Shown here: positions 1-6,876 of the stretch, one piece after another
Layout of the letters: the number at the start of each line of letters is the position of its first letter
Numbering within the stretch: position 1 is the stretch's first letter
DNA from: Opitutales bacterium
GTDB taxonomy: Bacteria > Verrucomicrobiota > Verrucomicrobiia > Opitutales > JABSRG01
Direction of reading: 5' to 3'
Length of the DNA stretch: 11,442 nucleotides
NCBI GenBank assembly: GCA_049599475.1
Contig: JBMYOQ010000107.1
Coordinates: 1-11,442, forward strand
Program-made: the position numbers and the translations under genes
Notes under the pieces: model-generated
Database searches by the model: none
What the model saw: only the letters and a program-made list of their open reading frames with translations
What the model was told of the DNA's origin: nothing

Positions 1-3
1 CTT

Positions 4-39
4 GTTTATCGGCATACGCATCCAGCGTTCCCGATAAAC
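4..39. terminator. Strong stem-loop downstream of the 1939-aa gene (possible terminator or mRNA 3' stabiliser)
   Basis: Perfect 9-bp inverted repeat GTTTATCGG (4-12) / CCGATAAAC (31-39), plus an inner ACGC/GCGT pair. No U-tract is visible before the window edge. Confidence 0.4.
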
Positions 40-105
40 TCCCATGTCATCTACACAGTGCTAGGGGTTAGCACGACGTTGAGTGTGCAGAGATTTCGTA
101 TCCAT

Positions 106-3100
106 TTAATCAACACTCTCCACATTGAGGCGGAAGAACTCTTTGAGTTCTTCGGTGGAAATCTCTACGAGGAGTTCTTCGAGGATGGTTTCCGTGGGGA
201 GCGTTGTCTGGTCGAGGGCTTGGTATTCCTCCCAGCTTTGAAGGTCTGTGGAGCGCTCAATGATGTATCGAAGGCTGTCGTCATTTCCGCGTCGATTGAA
301 GCGGAAGTAGGATGCGGTGCCGTCGAATACGATTTTTGCCATTTGGCTGCTAGAGTCTTGTTGCGTTGGATCGCCGCCGAGCACGTATTCGGCAAAATTG
401 CTGATTTGGTCACCGTCGAAGTCGGCCTCGCTAGACCCGATATCATCGCCCCATGAAGCCATCCATGTCTGCGCATTCATCTTGGCGAGGTCGGTGCCGT
501 CGATTTGATGTAGGTAAGCGATGAGGCTTTCCTTTTCCTCCGCGGTCAGATTGTAGCCAGTCGCTGATAAGTTGTGCGCGCTGCCGGGAGTCCCGGTGGC
601 TGCACCTTCAATGAAATAGTCGAAGACTTCTTCGATGGTTTCCGCGCGGCCGTCGTGGAGGTAAGGAGCGCCGCTGTGGAGTCCCCAGAGGGTAGGGGTG
701 TCGATGCCCACCAAGGAGTCTCCCAGCCTGCTGCCTGAACTGTCTTTGAGCGTTCCGATATTGTGAAGTCGGCCCGCGCCGAGGTCTTCACCGGTGTAAA
801 GGATACTATCCGTGAATTGTTGGTCCGAGCCATGGCATTCCATGCAGTTGAGCGTGTGCCCGGAGGCCGGGCTAATCGCTCCCTCGAAGAGGCGTTTACC
901 GAGCAGGGCATTGGATGTTACGGTGCCGTCTGACTGGCGATGGGGGCTGCGTCCTAGGCTGCTTTTACCCAGTGATTCGACGTAGGCTGCGAGGGCATCG
1001 AGCTCTGGGCTGCGCCCTGCGTTAGGTGCTCCCATGGAAGGATTCGGGTCACCTTGAATGAATCCTCTGCCTGCTTGATGCAGTACCATGTCGAGCTCGA
1101 AGTCCTGAATTTCATCGAAGTTGCCGGACCAGTGCACGTTGCCGTGGCCCATACCTGAGCGGCCGCGCAGATCGGTGGTGTTTCTGAAGCCTTCGCCGCG
1201 CTGGGTGAAGTCCCAGACCACGCCATCGTGTCCACCATCCTGGTGACAGCTGGCGCAGGAGATGTAGCTATTGCGGCCCATACGTGCGTCCGAGGCATTA
1301 TAGAATATTTGCTTCCCCTGGAGGATATCGCCAACGAGTACGTCGTTTTCTACGGTTGATGCATTATCGAGGAATGTGCCTGCGAAATTGCCCGAGCTGA
1401 AGGCATTTTCTAATGAATGGACGGTGACTGAGCGGTCCATGAAATCTTTAACGAAAAGGTTTTCAGTCTCCGGGTCGACGAGGAGTCCTTGAGGCGCTAG
1501 GCCGCAAGGGAGGCTGGCGTCTTTGGTCTTGGTCGTTTGATTGATTACAAACACCTCGTTGTTGCCTTGAATGCCGACAAAGAGGAAGTCGCCGCGGGGG
1601 GAGAAGGCGAGGCTTGATGGTTGTGAAGCGTCGTCGAGATCCATGCGGTCTTCTATGCTATCCTGGGTCGCGTCTTGATCGAAGATAGCGATAATCGGAC
1701 GGACGGTGGTTTCGTGTGTTAATCCTTTAGGTGTATCCAGATCTTTGGTGCGAAAGTTTCCAGCGATGGTATTCACTTTTTGACTGCCGACGTAGACCTG
1801 CTCGTTCGCTGGGCTGATGGTTATGCTTGAGAGATAATTGAGGACACCTCGGCCCGAGAGGGGGCCGTCTTCACTGACTTCGTCTTTTATCAGAACAACA
1901 GGATCGAGGAGCGTCATTGTGTCGCTTTCCAAATCGATGGACACACGGTAGACTTCGCCGTAATCTGCAGGGGAAATGTAGCGCGTTGCGAATAAGAGGC
2001 TGTCTTCTGCATTGAGGGCCAACGCGCGCGGTGTAGGGCCTACTGTAATACGACTGGTTTCGTTTACATTGTCTGCATTGATACGCATGATTTCGCCGCT
2101 TCCGTATAGAGAGACAAATGCGTATTGTCCTGTGTAGTCGAATACAATGTCGTGTGGCGCATCGCCGTAGTCGAGCGGGATGTCGAAATCGTTTGCAGCA
2201 TTTTCTGGATCGACTACGCGGATGATATCTCCATCGAAGCAGGGGACCCAGACAAGGCCGTTTTTGTCGATGGCGAGACTGCGGGGAGTTTCGCCGACAC
2301 TGCGCTCAAAATTGCGCGCCCATTCGGAATCGGTGGGTAGATCTGCGGGGAGGGCGGTGATGGATGCATTGTCAGGATTGACCGCAAATATCTGTCTTAA
2401 GTCCGGGTGCAGAGCGATCTGCGAGCTGTGGCGCGGTGTGAGCGGAATCTCTTTTATATAAGCGGGTATGGCTTTGAGCGCGAAGTGATCTAGATCCAGT
2501 CGGTCGGTGCCGGAGACTGCACGGATTTCGATGAGGTTGGTGCTGTCTTTCGCGAGGGCCATCTCTACGGGGATTTCGGCAAAATTAGCTGAATCTGTAG
2601 TTAGTGTTTGGATACTCACGCCATTGAGAAAGACCTCCAGAGCTCCGGTTGATCCAGAAGACTTTACATTGAACGCGAATGTGTAATTTCCTTCGGATTC
2701 TGCGTAGAAATCGATGCTCAGGTTAAATGAACTATCTCCGCTGAGGTAAGAGCCATTCGAAGCATTCTCATCTTCGACTATGGTGCCACCCGTAATATTA
2801 TCTGAGAGGGTCGATTCCGCCTCAAAGCGCACGCCGTCTGCCGCTAGGGCGACTATCAAATAATCGACAAGCGGAGTTTTCTCTCCGGGGGTTTTTCTGA
2901 GCTCGAAGCGGTAGCGTCCGGTCTTCGGCAAATACAAAGTCTCGACGTGCTCGACCCAATCTTTGGAGTCTTCTTTGACATTGATGAACTGGGTGAGAAA
3001 CACGGGCTCGCTATAGATACGGTTGCCTTCTGCGTCTTCTCCTGTCTGCTCGCTGAAGTAGACATCCGAAATACGGGTCCGATTTCGACGCTCGGATCTT

Positions 3101-5925
3101 TGGACAACTTTGAAATCATAGACCCCCCGAACCGCTTCGAACTCCCAGCCGATGAGATCCCCTTTTCCGACATAGCCTTCGGAGGCACCGCGTGTATCTG
3201 GTGTGGCCTGGAAGTTGCCGTATGAGGCTTTTTCGCCTTCGAAAGTCGGCTCAAAACCATCCTCGCCGGCCGCCTTTTGATAAAGCACCGGGCGGATGAT
3301 GTATGCGGCCGCACGCTCGGGAGCTTCAGTGCTGCGCACGCGAGCAATGACTGTAGACTGTCCGGGGAGATCGTAGTTGTAGGAGACCGTGGCATTGTCC
3401 GCGCTCCAGTTAGTGAAATTGCCATCCCCGAACTCCCAGCGATACTCGAGATTCCCTTGGACGTCGTTTCCGGATGGGCTCGCGTCGATAAAGAAGTTTA
3501 CGGGTTCGTTGACAAGGAGATCGCCCTCATTGCTGAAGCCTACATTGTTGATGATCGGATAAAAAGGGGTGTTTTCATTGCCGGTTGTGAATTCAAACGA
3601 ATAGGGCTCCACGGGATTGCCGACGATGTCTGTGAAACCGTCCACGATGACTTGGTAAGTCACATTCTCGTCGAGATTCTGGTTGGGGGTGAAGGTAATG
3701 ATATCTTTGTCACTCAGGTTGCGCGTGCCTACGACTTCGGTGCCTGCGTTCGGTCCGTCGAGTGCGACCATTTTTAAGGTCTCCGGAGTAATGGTCGTTA
3801 GATCCAGTGTATCATGTGTGATGATACCTACGCGGCTAGTGATCTTTTGCCCGGTGGCGCCGTCTTTGGGGACGTGATAGGCCACAGTCGGGGCGCGTTC
3901 ATCGGGCTCAGCCTGAAATGCATAAATAGCGGCAAGGCTCTCGGACCCTTGTGCTGAGTTTTCAGCGCATACCACTAGGTTTCCCAGCGGTAGCATGTAT
4001 TCGCCCTGGTGATGAGCGAAGGTGTGTTCGGTGGATGACATCCCGCCGTCGAGGTATGTTAAGTCGATGACTTCCGTGCCAGCGAACATGCGGTGGTCTT
4101 GGAATTGGACATAGCGTTGTGAGCCACGAGTGTCCTCAATGATGTGTTGCATACGGAGGTTGGTCGGGTCCTCATAATCGAGGAAGGCAATGGTGCCTCC
4201 GCCTGCGGCCATGGGAGTGACGAGGTAGTTTTTATAGACCGCTGGTTCGTAGGCGCCCGCTTTCTGATTTCGCCAATCTGGATCGGATTCACGCATGACA
4301 TCGAGAAGTACCGGGTTGGCGGGATCGCTGATATCGTAAGAGGCCACTGCGCGCTCACCGGATCGGACCCGTGCCATAAGCAAAATGTTGCCAACGGGCA
4401 TGACTAGAGCATCGAAGCCGTGCTCGGACAGTGCAGACTGGCGCACCCCTGTGCGCGCATCCCAGATTTCGACCCCGTCTTTCATGATAGAGAGGTAGTG
4501 GTAGGGGGGGAGGTAGGCACTGCGAGCGTTATCTGGAAACAAGCCGACGTAGTCATCCAAGGCGCCTGGATCGGATGCTTGAGGGACTCCGACATAGCGG
4601 ATATTCAGAGGATCGCTCAAATCGGCGTAGTTGTTGTTCCCATCGTTGGTGCGGAGTTCGGGTGCGAGCCAGTAGGCGGTGTGCATTATTCCGGCTCTAC
4701 CTTCAGTTTGGCGTTCAACTTCGACTGGTCGACGGCTCTCGTCATCAGGATCGTGGTTTAGGCCGGTAGCCAACGTAGCTTCTGAAAGGTCAAACATTAT
4801 ACGTGAGCCTCTGCCCTGAGTGCCGCGGTTTTCTGTGAGAAGTAGGCCGCGGTGGAAGCCCATAACCACGGTGCGAATACTCTCATTAAAGGTACCGTCT
4901 GGTAGTTTCTCAGTGCGATATTTGCCCAAGAGTTCCCCATCTTCGCGCCAGATGTTGGGAAAGGCGAGTCGTCCCATTGGCTGGTAGGGGTGCTGGGTGA
5001 AATGTTCCGGGTTGTAGGGATCCGCGGGTATCTCGGGAGTCGTTACTGCAGGCGGGTCGAATTCTAGGTCGAAGGTAATGCCGCTTAATTCTGCGGTAAT
5101 CGCGTCAAGGTCCGTGCTTGAGCCATCAGCATTGGTTGGGTGTGCGAGAATGAGCATATCCCCATGCTCGATTTCCCACTTTCCGGAGATGGTTCGGTCG
5201 CCATCAGATTCGTGATCTATATTGTAATCTTCGCCCGTAGATTGGCCTTCTATCGACTGTATAAAGGTGCCTTCGCTCGCGTCATAAAAGAGGTAGTCTA
5301 AACGGCCGTTAAAATTCCGTGGGGCCCAGTTCCACATGATAACTTCGTGGATGTAGAGTTTGGCGTAAGGGTGTAAGCCCTTGTTTTCGAAAGGAAACCG
5401 TTCATCCGGGCCAAAGGTGCTGTCCGCATCGTCCATAGGTGTATTGCCCTCGAGATCAAAGGTGAGGACAAGGGCCTCGCCGGGATCGTCGATCTTGTCA
5501 TCGCGGTTGTCTGAATCCCCGTTGTCGACCCCGAATCCGTGATCGTCCCCTTGGTGTCTATTTACCCTGGCAGGCTGACGACTACCGATGTATTCTGCGA
5601 AATTCGCGTGAACGGTAGACGTCCCCTCTAGGGCATCGATAGCCTTACTATAATTCCAATCCTCGACGGCTGTGATCGAGTAGGCGAAGGTGTTTCCCGT
5701 GTAGCCTTGGGTGAAGGAATCGCCGCTCGCGGGGATGCCGTCGAGCAGGCCTTCTGCGACGAGGTTGAGTTGGCGGCCATACCATTGGACGTCGTATCCG
5801 GTCCAATGGACGAAGTTATCATACTGTGGGATGTTATCGACTGAATCAGAACGTAGAGAAACTTGGCCGAGGGCGTGGCCAGAGGCGATCAATCCTAGGG
5901 AGAGGAGACAAAGTGAGCGAGTCAT
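106..5925 (-). CDS. Large secreted multidomain di-heme cytochrome c peroxidase/MauG-superfamily protein with beta-propellers, Ig-like (Big_5), PKD and CBM-like modules
   Basis: Uninterrupted 1939-aa ORF. Sec-type signal peptide MTRSLCLLSLGLIASGHALG|Q. Two CxxCH motifs (CASCH, CMECH), each preceded by a GxxxF helix. CcP/MauG-type motifs RNTTDLRG, HWSGNFDEIQDFE and DTPTLWGL..APYLHDGRA. Also PKD core YRWEFGDG, a Big_5 signature and YVTN-like repeats. Confidence 0.93.
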   Translation of the reverse strand: MTRSLCLLSLGLIASGHALGQVSLRSDSVDNIPQYDNFVHWTGYDVQWYGRQLNLVAEGLLDGIPASGDSFTQGYTGNTFAYSITAVEDWNYSKAIDALEGTSTVHANFAEYIGSRQPARVNRHQGDDHGFGVDNGDSDNRDDKIDDPGEALVLTFDLEGNTPMDDADSTFGPDERFPFENKGLHPYAKLYIHEVIMWNWAPRNFNGRLDYLFYDASEGTFIQSIEGQSTGEDYNIDHESDGDRTISGKWEIEHGDMLILAHPTNADGSSTDLDAITAELSGITFDLEFDPPAVTTPEIPADPYNPEHFTQHPYQPMGRLAFPNIWREDGELLGKYRTEKLPDGTFNESIRTVVMGFHRGLLLTENRGTQGRGSRIMFDLSEATLATGLNHDPDDESRRPVEVERQTEGRAGIMHTAYWLAPELRTNDGNNNYADLSDPLNIRYVGVPQASDPGALDDYVGLFPDNARSAYLPPYHYLSIMKDGVEIWDARTGVRQSALSEHGFDALVMPVGNILLMARVRSGERAVASYDISDPANPVLLDVMRESDPDWRNQKAGAYEPAVYKNYLVTPMAAGGGTIAFLDYEDPTNLRMQHIIEDTRGSQRYVQFQDHRMFAGTEVIDLTYLDGGMSSTEHTFAHHQGEYMLPLGNLVVCAENSAQGSESLAAIYAFQAEPDERAPTVAYHVPKDGATGQKITSRVGIITHDTLDLTTITPETLKMVALDGPNAGTEVVGTRNLSDKDIITFTPNQNLDENVTYQVIVDGFTDIVGNPVEPYSFEFTTGNENTPFYPIINNVGFSNEGDLLVNEPVNFFIDASPSGNDVQGNLEYRWEFGDGNFTNWSADNATVSYNYDLPGQSTVIARVRSTEAPERAAAYIIRPVLYQKAAGEDGFEPTFEGEKASYGNFQATPDTRGASEGYVGKGDLIGWEFEAVRGVYDFKVVQRSERRNRTRISDVYFSEQTGEDAEGNRIYSEPVFLTQFINVKEDSKDWVEHVETLYLPKTGRYRFELRKTPGEKTPLVDYLIVALAADGVRFEAESTLSDNITGGTIVEDENASNGSYLSGDSSFNLSIDFYAESEGNYTFAFNVKSSGSTGALEVFLNGVSIQTLTTDSANFAEIPVEMALAKDSTNLIEIRAVSGTDRLDLDHFALKAIPAYIKEIPLTPRHSSQIALHPDLRQIFAVNPDNASITALPADLPTDSEWARNFERSVGETPRSLAIDKNGLVWVPCFDGDIIRVVDPENAANDFDIPLDYGDAPHDIVFDYTGQYAFVSLYGSGEIMRINADNVNETSRITVGPTPRALALNAEDSLLFATRYISPADYGEVYRVSIDLESDTMTLLDPVVLIKDEVSEDGPLSGRGVLNYLSSITISPANEQVYVGSQKVNTIAGNFRTKDLDTPKGLTHETTVRPIIAIFDQDATQDSIEDRMDLDDASQPSSLAFSPRGDFLFVGIQGNNEVFVINQTTKTKDASLPCGLAPQGLLVDPETENLFVKDFMDRSVTVHSLENAFSSGNFAGTFLDNASTVENDVLVGDILQGKQIFYNASDARMGRNSYISCASCHQDGGHDGVVWDFTQRGEGFRNTTDLRGRSGMGHGNVHWSGNFDEIQDFELDMVLHQAGRGFIQGDPNPSMGAPNAGRSPELDALAAYVESLGKSSLGRSPHRQSDGTVTSNALLGKRLFEGAISPASGHTLNCMECHGSDQQFTDSILYTGEDLGAGRLHNIGTLKDSSGSRLGDSLVGIDTPTLWGLHSGAPYLHDGRAETIEEVFDYFIEGAATGTPGSAHNLSATGYNLTAEEKESLIAYLHQIDGTDLAKMNAQTWMASWGDDIGSSEADFDGDQISNFAEYVLGGDPTQQDSSSQMAKIVFDGTASYFRFNRRGNDDSLRYIIERSTDLQSWEEYQALDQTTLPTETILEELLVEISTEELKEFFRLNVESVD
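109..468 (-). other. C-terminal domain of the type common on Verrucomicrobia secreted proteins
   Basis: W...ADFDGDQISNFAEYVLGGDP (DxDxD acidic loop), YIIERSTDLQSW and terminal FFRLNV. The pattern is recognised from memory of Verrucomicrobia exoproteins. Confidence 0.6.
499..1317 (-). other. Di-heme c domain (bacterial CcP/MauG superfamily) within the 1939-aa protein
   Basis: CASCH at 1243-1257 (aa 1557-1561) and CMECH at 832-846 (aa 1694-1698). Trp of HWSG at 1129-1131, PYLH at 655-666, and terminal helix LTAEEKESLIAYL. Confidence 0.88.
1410..2430 (-). other. YncE/YVTN-type beta-propeller domain
   Basis: Repeated blades: VGETPRSLAIDKNGLVWV, GDAPHDIVFDYTGQYAFVS, VGPTPRALALNAEDSLLFAT, QPSSLAFSPRGDFLFVG, CGLAPQGLLVDPETENLFV. 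Confidence 0.82.
2476..3243 (-). other. Two tandem CBM6/CBM35-like jelly-roll modules (2851-3243 and 2476-2829)
   Basis: Each starts with FExE (FEGE, FEAE), has an ASxGxY-like motif (ASEGYV, ASNGSYL) and a GxYxF strand, and ends in a Dxxxh strand (VDYLIV, LDHFAL). Confidence 0.65.
3331..3520 (-). other. PKD domain
   Basis: VNEPVNF...LEYRWEFGDG...VSYNYDLPGQSTVIARV matches the PKD WDFGDG-type core. Confidence 0.8.
3580..3903 (-). other. Bacterial Ig-like domain (SbsA/Big_5 type)
   Basis: DERAPTV..VPKDGATG...ITFTPNQNLDENVTYQVIVDGFTDIVGNP...FEFTTG. Confidence 0.8.
3910..4870 (-). other. LVIVD-like repeat region, probably a second beta-propeller
   Basis: Recurrent hhD(I/L)SDPxNP turns: MFDLSEA, YADLSDPLN, SYDISDPANPVLL, FLDYEDPTNL, VIDLT. 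Boundaries are approximate. Confidence 0.55.
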
Positions 5926-5972
5926 ACCTTGGGTAATACGATAGGGGTTGGAGTGAGGGGGAATTTCTCTCT

Positions 5973-5981
5973 ATTTTAGCA
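5973..5981 (-). promoter_or_regulatory. Candidate extended -10 promoter element (TGcTAAAAT) for the 1939-aa gene
   Basis: Minus strand reads TGCTAAAAT, ending 47 nt upstream of the ATG at 5925, in an AT-rich intergenic region. No consensus -35 at 17 nt spacing. Confidence 0.4.
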
Positions 5982-6148
5982 GTTTTTTGATGGATACTAT
6001 TAATACGAATGCGCAAATCATTCATGTAGATGCGTTCTCTATGCTGTTTTTGAGGCATTGAAGCGCGTTTGAGGGCTCGAGCTTCGAACGTCTTTACGTT
6101 ATCGCGAAGAGCAGTTGGGCGGGGTGTAATCGCGCAAGCAGAATTCGA

Positions 6149-6847
6149 CTACAAACTTGCCGTTACGGTCGGCATGTCAGAAATGACGCGAAAATCGATA
6201 CGCCCGAGGCGTCCTTTACTTTTCGGTTTTATGATGTAGATGAGGCGCTTGTTTGGATCGAAATAGAAAGCTCCTTTGTAGGAAAGTAAGGGTTTTTTAT
6301 CTTTAACTAGGCTCATCATAATCGCTTCCTGATAGGTGCGGTCCTTTGCGATAGATATCACATCTGTGTATTTTTTTTTGGGTAGAAGTGTTGTCGTGTC
6401 ACCCAATTTTAAAGCTATATCAAAAGGAGCTAGGTTAATGAATCGGTAAGCACCTTGTTGAAAAGTCGCAACATCGTCTGGTGTCACCGAGATACGGTAT
6501 GATTCCTCTTTCGAATCCTCTGCCGCGAATAAGAGTAGATAGGTGCCTGATGGAGGCAGCTTTACGCTTCCGACGATGTTACGTATTGAATTTCCGGATG
6601 CGTCTATTAATTCGGGGTCTTCGCGAAAAAAGCTGAGTATGGAATCTCCTTTATACGATATTTGCGCCGAGCGTGTATCATTGTAGATACTTATCGTCTC
6701 TTGCTGCTGGCCGTTGATGAAGTGTAGACCTCGGATAGTTCCTGACAGAGAAATCGCATTAAATCTCACTGTCGATTCTTCTACTTCCGATGCGGATAGA
6801 TGCACGAGTGAGATTAAGCCTATTAGATGGAGGAGGATTGTTCGCAT
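6149..6847 (-). CDS. Secreted/periplasmic hypothetical protein, predicted beta-rich (possibly DUF4397-like), partner of the PilX-like pilin
   Basis: 232-aa ORF starting 29 nt after the upstream stop codon. Signal peptide MRTILLHLIGLISLVHLSA|S. Alternating beta-strand patterns (YLLLF, YRFINLAPFDIALKLG, RLIYII). The DUF4397 resemblance is recalled from the 'YRFINL' motif and is unverified. Confidence 0.88.
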   Translation of the reverse strand: MRTILLHLIGLISLVHLSASEVEESTVRFNAISLSGTIRGLHFINGQQQETISIYNDTRSAQISYKGDSILSFFREDPELIDASGNSIRNIVGSVKLPPSGTYLLLFAAEDSKEESYRISVTPDDVATFQQGAYRFINLAPFDIALKLGDTTTLLPKKKYTDVISIAKDRTYQEAIMMSLVKDKKPLLSYKGAFYFDPNKRLIYIIKPKSKGRLGRIDFRVISDMPTVTASL

Positions 6848-6876
6848 ATCTAAATGTATTAAATGAGTGTGACCGT

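Noticed and set aside
4504..4510. C7 tract (coding strand) in the large gene as a phase-variation site
   Set aside because: Short, and explained by Leu-Pro-Pro codons.
58..4769. Plus-strand ORFs opposite the 1939-aa gene (58-456, 317-508, 2125-2340, 2180-2461, 2947-3225, 3277-3777, 3683-3877, 4144-4407, 4420-4761, 4575-4769)
   Set aside because: Antisense shadows of a long, GC-rich, motif-bearing gene. They show no recognisable motifs.
165..5822. Same-strand alternative-frame ORFs inside the 1939-aa gene (165-476, 546-911, 954-1334, 2856-3425, 4059-4394, 5298-5501, 5628-5822)
   Set aside because: Ser/Arg/Pro/Thr-rich off-frame translations. The main frame is intact, so no frameshift is implied.
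106..5925. Assigning the symbols mauG or ccp to the large gene, or pilX/gspK to the pilin
   Set aside because: Only superfamily-level motifs are shared. Size, architecture and context differ from the named genes, so orthology is not supported.
6007..6025. Fur-box-like sequence (minus strand ATGAATGATTTGCGCATTC) upstream of the heme protein
   Set aside because: Only about 9 of 19 positions match GATAATGATAATCATTATC, which is too weak in AT-rich DNA.
5711..6058. ORFs 5711-5944 (+) and 5846-6058 (-)
   Set aside because: They overlap the start of the large gene and its probable promoter, and have no coding signature.
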